A stretch of DNA of 64,000 nucleotides from Lama glama (lineage: Eukaryota): NCBI GenBank assembly GCA_028534125.1, contig CM052817.1, forward strand, positions 17,858,001 through 17,922,000. Reading direction: 5' to 3'. Under the pieces are notes generated by a model that saw only the letters and a list, made by a program, of their open reading frames with translations, did not search any database and was not told the DNA's origin. Both the position numbers and the translations under genes were made by a program. Below, one piece after another: positions 1 through 10,414 of this stretch (positions within the stretch are counted from its first letter, which is position 1; each line of letters begins with the position of its first letter).

Positions 1-316
1 ATAGTCACAGCTTCAATAATTTCTTCTCTGTTAGCACATGGCTCTTCCACCGCTCCCCCCACCAAAAAAACCCCACAAATGGTGACACTTGCATCTTGTT
101 AAATTATACAACATCATTTCCCCTCTTCATGATCATTTCTTGCCACTATTCTGCCCCTTCCCCCTTCCATATGGATATGTTTGAGAATTGAAATCACCAG
201 CACTTGTGCTTAACAAAGAATATCAGTCAGGCATGGATCAATGGGTGGTTGTGGACACATGAAAACAGGAAAAAGAAAAGCTCATTTCCCAGACACTTGG
301 AGGCATGAAAACTATG

Positions 317-372
317 AAAGAGAGAGACAAAGACAGAGACAGAGAGACAGAGATGGAGAGACAGAGAGAGAA
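317..372 (+). repeat. Degenerate (GA)n/(GACAGA)n simple repeat
   Basis: agagagagacaaagacagagacagagagacagagatggagagacagagagagaag. Confidence 0.8.
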
Positions 373-768
373 GGGGGTGCTGGTAGACTGGACTGACACA
401 TTCTATTCTAGAAATGCACTTACTGGTATCTAAATGCACAGCTCATGTCTTATTTTAAATTGAGATTTCTACATTGGAGGAGAGAGATTTCAACACTAAT
501 TCTGCAAAGAAAAGAAGTTCACATGAAACTCCAACTGTTGTAGAGGAATGTGGAACGATAACACTGTGAATTCCAACCTCCATTCACTGTTCTTTTTTGA
601 AGCACACCAAAGAGTATACTTACATGGAAAGAACATACTTCTTTGTTCTTTTTACACATAACCATAAAATTATGACAATTATTAACAAACACACAGATTG
701 TATTTAAAAGGCATAGACAAAGTTGACATTCAAAAGCTATTTGTTAACTGAGTCCAAGTATGCCAGTT

Positions 769-774
769 TTTATT
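769..774 (-). terminator. Candidate CCKAR polyadenylation signal (AATAAA)
   Basis: First canonical AATAAA I find on the minus strand after the stop codon (~1 kb downstream), followed by U/GU-rich sequence; no transcript evidence available. Confidence 0.4.
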
Positions 775-1427
775 CTGGCCCGATTCCACGTGTTTCCATC
801 TTGGCCAGGTACACCTAGGGTACACTTCTCCTTTGTACCTGGAGGCCTTTCCAGAAAAGATGGTAAGTGTAAGAAATTAAGTTGCAGCAAAGAAGCCATG
901 GGCTATAATATCACCATATAAAGGTGGAGTTAAGTAATATATATTATTAAAATAAGAAAAACATTTCTATGCCCCTTCTGGCATTTAACATTCCTTGTGC
1001 TAAGACAGCATTCCTTCTAGCTACTTGCTATATACCTTTTTGTTTTTCAGAAATATAAGTTCCAAATTCCATCTTTGAGATGATGTTCCGTATGCTCTTC
1101 TGATGACAACATAAACTTGTGTCTCTGAATGTCCTTGACCGACCTCAAGGAGAACAAGCCAGGTTCTTCTCTTTCTACAGAAAATGGCCAGAAGAGGGTT
1201 TGCTTCCTGTTCCTGTTTGTGGTCCTGACGAGGTGGGTGGCTACCAAATGTACAGGAGAGTGATGGACTCCCCAGGGGCAAAGCAGCCTCCACAGTTCTG
1301 CATCCACAGAAGTAGCAGAGCACAGAAGCTTGTCTCTGTGGGGAATGAGAGCCCACTTTGGATGTGCCGGAACCTTCTAAAGCTCAGGAGGGTCCACATC
1401 CCTCTTTGAACACGTGCTTGGCAATTA

Positions 1428-1445
1428 CAGCAGCAGCAGCAGCAG
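1428..1445 (+). repeat. (CAG)6 triplet repeat, (CUG)6 in the presumed CCKAR 3' UTR
   Basis: Direct reading. Confidence 0.85.
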
Positions 1446-1709
1446 GAGCCCTGCTGGACACCTGTTACTGGCCTGCTGAGGTTTTTCTGATGGTGAATGT
1501 TATTGAAAATGTCCTGCTAGGAACTAAGGTGGGGCCTTAGCCATGGCCGCAACCTGGAAGTCTTCCCCTGGAACCCGGATGAAGGATGCCAGGTGGACTT
1601 GTCTTGTTAAGTTGTTCCCGCTGGGAATGGTGCCTTCCTTCTCCTCCACTTCCTGCCGCCTCCTCCTCCGGCTTTCTTCTTTCCCTCCTTCTCTGCTTTC
1701 TCCCTCAGC

Positions 1710-2330
1710 CCCCGCTCCATCCTTCCGCCCCGGCTGCCGGGGCGCAGCTCACGGGGGCGGGGCAGAGGCGCTCGCGTGGCCGTGGCCGTACGAGCACCTG
1801 GACAGAGAGGCCCGCGTGGTCCTGCTTTCCGCCTCCTCCCCCGCGTCGCCTCTCGCTCCTGGAGGACCGGGGTTGGGGCAGCAGGGGAAGGTGGCCATGA
1901 AGCCGAGGCGGAACCGTTTGTTCATGAAGCAGTAGATGATGGGGTTGACGCAGGAGGAGGTGTAGGAGAGCAGGAGGATGAAGGAGATGGGGGTCCCGGA
2001 GAGGCGGCGCTCGGCCGAGGCGGTGTCGTAGGCCCGCCAGGCGTTGGCGCTGAAGATGGGCATCCAGCACAGGAAGAAGAGAACCACGATGACCATGAGC
2101 ATGCGGATCACGCGCTTCTTGGCCATCAGGTTGGCGGCGGGGCTGCTGCTCCTGATGCGGCCGACCCTGCCGCCGCTGCTGGTGGACAGCTGCTGCAGCT
2201 CCAGCTTCCTCGGGCGCTTCGACTTCTGCAGGTAACAGCCGTCGCTGTCCTCGTATCTGCTGCAGCTGTCGGCGCTCGTCTTCCTTTCTGGGTGGGCGAG
2301 CGACATCACTTAGTTTTCGGGATGGGTCAC
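1710..2330. other. CpG-island-like segment over CCKAR exon 5
   Basis: About 50 CpG dinucleotides in 1741-2280 by hand count; high G+C against AT-rich flanking introns. Confidence 0.8.
1749..2287 (-). CDS. CCKAR: CCKAR coding exon 5 (539 nt incl. TGA), ICL3, TM6, TM7, C-tail
   Basis: Within ORF 1749..2309: ERKTSADSCSRYEDSDGCYLQK...CWMPIF...NPIIYCFMNKRFR...PCCPNP...APPP*; acceptor cacccag|AA. Confidence 0.97.
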
Positions 2331-3895
2331 GTCAGGCAGAAGGCATGGAACCCCTGCCGCCTCCATCAAGGAGCCGAACCAAATGTGAACTGCAGACCTG
2401 GGTGGGCAACTTGGGACACACTGATGGGGCAGGTATTGTCTACACGAACCCCTTCCTGCGACTCAACACCTGCTTAAAACTAATAAAATGATGTATCGTA
2501 TATGATGGACATAATACAACTTATAATGGTAAAATGTATGTAGGTTATAAGGATTAAAAATTATCAAAGAATGAATATTTACGCTCCTCCTCCTTTCTCC
2601 AGCTTTTCAAGGGGGAGTTTCCTGTTCACTTGGTAGATCTCCAGACTATTTTTACTGTGAAGACTCTGGATAATGAGCAAAAATCAACAACAACCAAAGA
2701 AGACCTAAGAAGACCTGTAAGGTGTATACTTGAAAAAGGACTGAGGAGAGGGGTGGAGTGAGAAGGGGGAGGAGTTATGCCAACAAAGGTGTCATGTAGG
2801 TTTCAGAGGAGGGTGGCTTGTAACTGTTGGGGAGAGATGGGGTCTTTGTGGCAGGTGCAGCGTGAGTGAAGGCGAGGAGAGAGTCTGGGGGCTGCAGTTA
2901 CAATTTGCTTTGGTTGCTGAAGGGGGTCCATTTGGATGCAACATCACAGAATGCCTGGGACCCATGGGCTCTCAGCTTGTAATTGGCCGATGTGTGCATT
3001 ACCTCATTTTATCCCACTCAGCACCCCTTTGAGAGGAATAATTTTCCCATCTGACAGATGAGGAAATAGAGACACTGGGTCTCATGACTGTACCTTATGA
3101 CACAGGGCCTCCTAAGAATACCTTGTAAAGTCTTGAATATACTCTATGCACACTCTGGGTCTATCTATTTAAGTTACAGAGAACAAGCCGTGGTAATCTT
3201 TTGGCATAAACATGAAGCTAAAAGATAGTTACCTCTAGCAGACTTCTTCTGGCTAGCATCAAATTTTATTCCTTGGTAAAGTTCCAAAGAGATTAGTCCA
3301 TATGCCACCATCATCACAATTCCAGGAATCAGAAAGAGGATGAGTAACAGGAACGTGTGCCTAATAAAATAAAAAGCAATCCAATAACCAGCAGCTCCAG
3401 TATTTGGGATGGAATAAATAGAGTTCATCTCCATCTTAACGGGTCTCAGCAAACACATTAATTATGAGTATTTAATAGCCTTGGAAATTCCATGTCTGGA
3501 GTCTCAGTCATTAGACGCTGTTTACTTCTTTTCTTTCTTTCAGATAAATTCTCTTACGAGGGGCTAGTTAAATTGGGAAACTTTGGTGTAAGTCTGTGCC
3601 TGAAGCAAGTCTACATTTAAATCTAATGAGATGGGGAGGGTACAGTTCAGTGGTAGAGCATATGCTTAGCATGCACGAGGTCCTGGGTTCAATTCTCAGT
3701 ACCTCCATTTAAATAAATAAATAAATAAACCTAAGTACCACTTTAAACAAAAAAAAAACAAAAACAAAACAGGAAAAAAAAACCCAGAAAACAAAACAAA
3801 ACAAATCTTAAAAAAAAAACCCAAAAAACTAATGAGAGCTTAAGAAAATCCAAACCAATGAGAGTATGTGAATATCTCAATAAAGCTGTTACCAA

Positions 3896-3941
<46 letters not shown>

Positions 3942-6900
3942 GAGCTTACACTCATTGATGACATTAAATGTCAATATAGTATATATATATTACTACATTT
4001 AATTCACATAACAACTTTTGAGATAGGTACCATACCCACTTTATGGATGAAGAAACTGAGACTTAAAGAGATTAAATTATTTGTCCAAAGTCACATAGCT
4101 GGTAGCAAAGGTGGGATTTGAACTCAAGCAATATGACTCTAGAACTTATGTTCTTAAGCATCATAATATATCATTTGTTGATTTTATAAAACAGAATCAT
4201 CAAATGTGTAGGTAGCAGTGAAGGAAACTCTCTTTGGTTTTGCAAAATAAGGCATTCTGGCTGTTCTGACCCATTGGCACAGTAGCAAGCTCATTCTAGT
4301 GTCTGGCGGGCCAGAGCTATGCTTTCTCTAAACATGTTTGATTCCTGAAGAATCCTTGCAGCCTCCTTCTTTATGAGTCTGGCCCCTAAATCACTTTTGC
4401 AGTCTGGTATGTGTAAGGTTACACGATTAGGCCATAAAATTGTCAGAGGCTCACAGTGGCTGAGCCATTTCTCATTTCAATAGGACATGTTTTGATAAGA
4501 TTTCTTTTCAAGTCTTGGAAATGTCCCTCATTTGCAACATAATTCTTTTTGTGTGTTACTTGGTTGAGATGAAAAAAAAAAAGGCAAATAAAGCAGAGAT
4601 TATCTCCTTTTTTGAGCCATTTTGGAATGTCTTGCTCCCTGCTTCTAAAACATGATTAGAAGCAGTAAACATAATGCCCTGCATTTGTGTAGCCTTTTTA
4701 AAGTTGTTTAATGAATTTTCATAAACATACTCTCATTTGTCTCTTACATCCATCTATAAGAGGTAGATTTAAAAAATATGCCTGTCATTAAATCCTTTTG
4801 TAGACACAGAACTTGAATGTCGGGGAGGTTGTGTGACCTTGTGGAACATCACCCACTAGTGGGTATAGAAACAGGTATTAGAACTTTGCCTTTTTATCTC
4901 TAATAAAGTGGTCTGTGTGAGTTCCATAGCTACAGCTCTGAGAAAGACCACATGGGATTTGAAACTCATCTTCAGCTCTGTCTCCAATTCCTGGAAAATT
5001 ACAATACTTTAAGTCATATAGCCAAAACCCCACTAGATCATCCAGAAGCACACTGCATGGTGGTTAAGCCCAGCAGCTCTGTCATCTCTTCCAGGTTTGG
5101 GACCTTGAACAACATGCTCAACCTCTCCCTGTCTCAGTTTCCTCATCTGTAAAATGGGGACAATAGTAGTACTTACCCTATAGAGTTTTGAGAGGATTGA
5201 TTGAATGAATATATGTATGGCATTTAAGTGTTTGCTATCACTATTATCCCAGAAAGAGGTTAGAATGATTCTTCTCAAAAAGTCTCCAGGAAACTGATCC
5301 TCCAGACACTCTGGACAATACATTCCAGTTTTTATCAATGCTATACAATTATATCAAGTTGTATGAAACAGATAAACCCGTACAGCCTTACCAGGACTGT
5401 TGCATAGCATCGTTTGGCAGTAGAAAGCGGCACATATTCGCGGTCTGGTTGTTATTTTTGGTAAAAGGCACCAAGTTGCTATAAATTGGGTACGGCGTCA
5501 TGATGGTGAAGGAGAGGCACCAGGTAGCAGCAATCACCTTCAAAGCGTGGGATTTTGTCTGCCAGACTCGGGACTGTAAGGGTTTGCAAATTGCACCGTA
5601 TCTCTCCAGCGATATGGCCACCAGATTAAAGGTGGATACACTCACAGAGGTGCCTGGGAAAGGAACAAACAAGCTGGTTACGTAGGCTCTAAGCCAACGT
5701 TTATTTGCACATTAGCTTAAGCATACCTGATCTACACAGGCTTGATGGATATCAAAGGAAAACGTTGAGAGGGTAAAGAAATACTGTGTATGTATATTTT
5801 TAAAAAATGATTTATTCCCAGCTTTGTTCCAAAAAGGACTTGAGGTGGTTAAAGAAATGTATTTGCAAATACATTTTATTGCCAATTTTTAGATAAGTTT
5901 ATTGAACTTTGATTACAATCTAACTTCTTCTGAGGCTGAGGGTGCTCATTAATTAATAACCAAGCAGATGAAATATGTTTCTGTCCCACACAAGAGGTTT
6001 CTGAGTAACCTGCAGAGTATCTTTAATTTTGAGCATGATCTGCATAGTTAAGTTGACCTTTCAACCCAATATTCTCAAGGACTGTGAGCCGAAAGTTCAC
6101 TGCGGTCTGAGCTGGGAGGATTAAATCTCTTCCTGAAAATTTCTACTACACAATATTTTTAAGAGTGAAACATTCTAAACTTCAAAATGGAGTGTTGAAA
6201 AAAATAGTTAAAAAAAGATGAAAATCCTGTATTGTAACTAAAGTTTTCTCTGGGTGGGAAAACTAGTGTCTTCCTTCTCATTGTCTCTGCTTTTCTGTAT
6301 TTTGTAAAAGGAACATGCGTCATCAGTGAGAAAGTCATCAAAACGCCTCATTTAAAATGATATACTTACACTGAGTCAAAAAAGCTTAATTGTCTTTGAT
6401 TTCTGTGTTTTGCATGTGGATCCTCATAATTTCTTATCCCTTTAAAACTCCCATTAATTCTTCATCCATGAATTCTTACCATTCATGATTATCTCTTACC
6501 ATGATTTCTTAAACCTTGGAATTAAACTAAGTCTGGGAGGAGAAATTTGTAGGCTGGGGTCTTTTCTGAAACTATGTATAAAAATGTTCTTTTTCTAGGG
6601 AGAATAACCTTTGTACTCCTTAGAGATTTACAGGAATCTATAACCCCCAAACCATTAAATAAGTACTCAGGTTCTGAGGCAGGATTTGCTGTGTTTTATA
6701 GGGCTTGACCTTAAGGAGTTCATGACGTTTAAATTAGACAGGACAGCCCCAAACTCCTCAGAGTCTAATCTGTACAATGGGTCCACTGTAATTTAAGCTC
6801 ACCACCAGACAGGCATTCTTTTTTTTTTTTTTGTCTATGTATTAGGAGTTTAGTGAGTGTTGACTATTGAAATAGTCTTGGGGAGAACACAGAACTGAGG

Positions 6901-9638
6901 GAAGTATTGAAATCACTGGAATCAGATATCCAACAAAATCATTACAGTATTGTACCCACTTTCAGAATTATCTTGCTTTTAATTTTCTAGAAGTTTTTAG
7001 GAAGAGTTTTAATGCTCCCAGCTGAGACCCCAACTATTTTAAAAACACTTTTTTATTGAAGTGAAATTCACATTACATGAAATTCATCATTTAAAAGTGA
7101 ACAGTTCCATGGCATTTAGCACATTCACAATGTCGTGCAACTACACATGCCCTCATTTTAAATCTCCTATCACAAACCTGATTAAGATTATTCAATATTA
7201 TTATAAGATATCTATATGGACAGGCCTTGAAAACCTAAAGCACCATGAGATGCTAGTTATTATGATTGTATCATCATTTAACAATGATCCTTCTCATTGG
7301 TGAGACCATTTTTATTTTCCGAGGACTTGGACACAGATTGACACATTCTTGGTTATTTGTCCGTGGCAGGCAGATCAGTAATTCATCATCATCTTGTCAG
7401 TGCTGAGTCCTGCTTCCTCAACTGGGAGAAATAAAGGCTTTTAAAGTTTTCCGGTCATTGAAGACCGCCCCAGCCCAACTCAACTCTGCAGATTTTGCGA
7501 GTCTTCGATCAGAACAAAAACCAACTCCTCTCTCATTTGCCACCTGGCCTCCTCCTCCCCTAGCTAGTTCTCAGAACAGGCAAGGGGCAAGGCATTTTAG
7601 CCAACTGAGGGGACTAAGAGACATGTGTTGTTTTTGCTTCAAGAGAGTCACAGTAGTTAGCAGTCGGGGGCAGTGTACTCACTCACCACTGTGGTGTCTG
7701 CTGATCTGGGTTCAAGTCTCAGCTCTGTGGCTTACCACCTGTGTGTCCTTGGGTACATTATTAACCTCTCTGTGCCTCTGTTTCTTCCTCAGTGAAATGG
7801 GGAAGAATAACTGTATATACTTCATAGGATGGTGGGGAGATAAAATATGATCATGGAAGTGAAAACTGAAGGCAATTAGTAGAACATCTGGTGCTCAAAA
7901 TAAAGAAGTACTCTTGTGATTTTTATTATCGTCATCATCATTTCGATTGGCAAAGGCAGAGAGCTACATATCTCAGCCAGTCAGGGTCAGTTCAGTGACT
8001 CACAGACCCCAGAAGAAAATTCAATTCCTCATCTAGTGGCAAAGGTCTGTTTGTCTGTCTGTCTGTCTCTCTGCCTGAGATGGTCCCAGCCCCTGGGAAA
8101 ACACACTGGGAAGTGAATCCTAGGAAGGGAGTCTAGATCTCTGATGAGACCGGTTTTCAAATAGCCACTGATCCCTAGGAAATCCAGAGCAACAGCAGAA
8201 AGAGCCTTCTTCCATCACCCTCGCCACCCTGCATGCCATGCCTAGGGTTGGGTGGCGCTCAGAGTACAATCAACTTCCAGGAAGGGACGGAGAAGCTTAA
8301 ATCTGTCTTTCTTTCTAACAGAAGCAAGCAAAGCAACATCTTTTGTACTTCTTAACCAACTTATTCCACTTTGAGAAACTGACCTTTAAAACTGGGGTCT
8401 GACTTCTGAGGAGTTATGAGGACTGACCCCCCCATAAAGCCAGATCCTGTGTCCTTGCACATAGTCAGCCCCACAAAGCCAGATGTTTGGTTTTTTACAC
8501 CCCATAGGGCTTCTCTGTTAAGGCTGTCAGGGGTTTGGGAAGTTCTGTGGCTGAGTGGGGTCTGGGGTGAGCTCCAGAAATAGTCACCAGCCGCAACTCA
8601 CCCATGAAGTAGGTGGTGGTCTTGCAGACGGCGCTCCCGAAGATGAAATCCTTGAGCAGGTTGGGGATGAGGTTGAACGGCATGCAGAAGAGGCAGAGCA
8701 TGAGGTCGCTGACAGCCAGGGAGAGCAGGAAGATGTTGGTGACCGTTCTCATCCTCTTGTTGCGAATCAGCACCGTAATGACCAGCGTGTTTCCCAGCAC
8801 GCTGAGCAGGAATATTAGGGAGTACAGCAGAATCTGCACGGCTGGCTGCCACTCTGCAGGGAGCAACAGGGACGAGACGGAGGGACGGAGGTGATGAGAG
8901 CAGAATGCTAAAAACTTAGCCCACCAAGTGAACGGGGATTTCCTGCTAGTTTTTTTTTTTTCAGGGATGGACATCATCAAACCCAGCTCTCCCTGTACTT
9001 ACAATATTTTGCAGAAACAAAGTGAGGAGAGTGCAGAGCCATTCAGTTGCCTCTAAAAGGTTAGTCTGTTAAAGGATCACTCGGGGAACCCCTTTTTCTT
9101 AAGAACAAAGCTCCTCTAGTGAATAGGGGGCTGCTTTCTTTTCTAGCTGCTAAGCATTATTTCACTTTAATCACTTTTTCACACTGATTTCCCCCAAGAA
9201 AAGGCGACAGCTCGATTGTGACAGCACCTTTTCTTTGCTGCTTGTAAGTTCAGGCTCCGACACTTGTACTCCCTTCTGGCTACACTTCAGCACCTCCTCC
9301 CACTGCTCTTGTGCCCCCAAGTCCTCTACGTGAAGCCCAGCTCTTCCATGGGGAACAATAAGAGGACTGGACTCAATTCTGCTTTTTGATCTCTTACCCA
9401 AGCTTCTGAACAGATGACTATATCCAGCCTGTCTCACGAAGACGTTGCTATATTCTCTCAATCAGCCTTGCCTTTGCTGATTTCTTCCCCCAACTTCATA
9501 GTTAAATAACAGACTCTGACACCTACCTCTGGAAGGACGGGGCTGATCCAAGCAGAAAAGCGTCTCATTTTCGATCCCCAGTTCACAGGGGGGAGCGATG
9601 TTGCTGCCGTTCACAAGAAGGCTGTCGACCACATCCAT
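1749..9638 (-). CDS. CCKAR: Cholecystokinin A receptor (CCK1R), class A GPCR; full spliced CDS of 5 exons, 430 aa
   Basis: Joined exons 112+252+262+128+539 = 1293 nt give an open frame MDVVDSLLVNGSNIAPPCELG...SASAPPP*. Seven TM segments with GN (TM1), LAVSD (TM2), ERY (TM3), CWMP (TM6) and NPIIY (TM7) motifs. All splice sites GT-AG with consistent phases; sequence recognisable as mammalian CCKAR. Confidence 0.98.
3233..3360 (-). CDS. CCKAR: CCKAR coding exon 4 (128 nt), TM5 and start of ICL3
   Basis: Within ORF 3174..3458: HTFLLLILFLIPGIVMMVAYGLISLELYQGIKFDASQKKSAR; acceptor ttttattag|G, donor AGAG|gtaact. Confidence 0.97.
3633..3828 (+). mobile_element. tRNA-derived SINE, camelid Vic-1-like, in CCKAR intron 3
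   Basis: GGGGAGGGTACAGTTCAGTGGTAGAGC head (A box), GGTTCAATTC (B box), (TAAA)n linker, A-rich tail; TSD CTAATGAGA at 3623-3631 and 3829-3837. Confidence 0.88.
3898..3939 (+). repeat. (TAA)14 microsatellite
   Basis: Direct reading. Confidence 0.95.
3970..4160 (-). mobile_element. MIR SINE
   Basis: Core motif cccactttatggatgaagaaactgagacttaaagagattaa...gtcacatagct...ggatttgaactc. Confidence 0.8.
5090..5245 (+). mobile_element. MIR SINE
   Basis: gaccttgaacaacatgctcaacctctccctgtctcagtttcctcatctgtaaaatgggga core. Confidence 0.8.
5392..5653 (-). CDS. CCKAR: CCKAR coding exon 3 (262 nt), TM3 to ECL2
   Basis: Within ORF 5388..5672: TSVSVSTFNLVAISLERYGAICKP...NDAMQQSW; acceptor ttcccag|GC, donor CCTG|gtaagg. 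Confidence 0.97.
7049..7146 (-). mobile_element. L1 3' end fragment (L1MB-like)
   Basis: ttttattgaagtgaaattcacattacatgaaattcatcatttaaaagtgaacagttccatggcatttagcacattcacaatgtcgtgcaac. Confidence 0.7.
7700..7900 (+). mobile_element. MIR SINE
   Basis: ctgggttcaagtctcagctctgt...cttaccacctgtgtgtccttggg...aacctctctgtgcctctgtttcttcctcagtgaaatgggg. Confidence 0.78.
8602..8853 (-). CDS. CCKAR: CCKAR coding exon 2 (252 nt), TM1 to start of TM3
   Basis: Within ORF 8495..8980: EWQPAVQILLYSLIFLLSVLGN...CKTTTYFMG; acceptor cctgcag|AG, donor ATGG|gtgagt. Confidence 0.97.
9527..9638 (-). CDS. CCKAR: CCKAR coding exon 1 (112 nt), N-terminus MDVVDSLLVNGSNIAPPCELGIENETLFCLDQPRPSR
   Basis: Hand translation of minus strand (absent from ORF track). 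ATG at 9638 in context AGGATGG; donor AGAG|gtaggt. Confidence 0.96.
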
Positions 9639-10060
9639 CCTTGCCTGCTGCTTTCCACCAGGTGCCGGTGAGCCCGCGAACGGCTCCCTCTCGGCTCACT
9701 CCTCTAAAGACCGGCCAGAGAGGCTCCTAAATGCAACCTGCCGTGGAGGGGCAGCGGGTGCGGGGGGTGATGTCCAGGTGTGGGCTTCTGCAGCCATTCC
9801 CCAAGGCGACTTGAGTTCAGCACGCTCAGTCCAGCTGGACAAGCATCTGCACTCCTGTCTTGGAAAGGGCAGCTCATGCGAGCCAAGCCCGCTCCCACCT
9901 TCCAGGCCCACCCCTTTCCATTCCCAGGCCAGCCGGAGGGCCCTGAGCACAGGCAGCCTGACTGCAAGTTAACCCTTCCCGGAGCGTCGCTGCTTTGCCA
10001 CACACATGCACACGTGCGTGGATACACACATGCATGGACGCAGACACACGTGCTTCCCCA
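9639..10060 (-). promoter_or_regulatory. CCKAR 5' leader and proximal promoter (GC-rich)
   Basis: Position immediately upstream of the ATG; GC/GT-box-like GGTGGGAGCGGGC and GGGGTGGG near 9887-9915; E-boxes at 9832, 9844, 10011 and 10047. TSS cannot be fixed from sequence. Confidence 0.55.
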
Positions 10061-10414
10061 GTACCTCTCTTCTCTGTCTGGGGACCTGTCACCATCCCAG
10101 ACGTTTGCAGAAGAAAGCCCCAACTGTGAGACAGAAACAATGAACACAGTAACAGATACCACAATGCAGACCATCAGGACTAAAAGACACGGAGGGACTG
10201 CATTTCTGCCTCCTTATATAAAAGCAATTAGTGCCTTTTTAGCTTTGGAAGCGTGCCCAGCAGTGTGTGTGGATATCAGTGCCAGCTGGTTGTTAAGTTG
10301 TTACCAACCACAGGGTTATTTCTTGTGGTCTCTGCCCTTGTTAACTGAAAAGAGGGGGGCACTTTTAAATACAGGTTCTTGGATCGTTGTTACAAAAACA
10401 CTTCGTAAGAATTT

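Noticed and set aside
1776..2477. 233-aa plus-strand ORF, plus 1543..1935, 1586..1900 and 1705..2070
   Set aside because: Antisense or alternate-frame shadows of the GC-rich CCKAR exon 5; high GC3 suppresses stops and there is no recognisable protein.
3633..3705. tRNA-like A/B box sequences here and at 28550-28623, 51865-51936 and 59935-60005
   Set aside because: They are SINE heads with tails and TSDs, not tRNA genes.
8495..8980. ORF-track starts and ends around exons 2-5 (e.g. MMMSIPEKKK..., MFVPFPG...)
   Set aside because: The extensions are intronic read-through beyond clear splice sites, not real termini.
9832..9866. Possible PTF1 bipartite site (E-box plus TC-box) in the CCKAR promoter
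   Set aside because: The TTTCCA lies in the wrong order/orientation relative to the E-boxes for the canonical arrangement.
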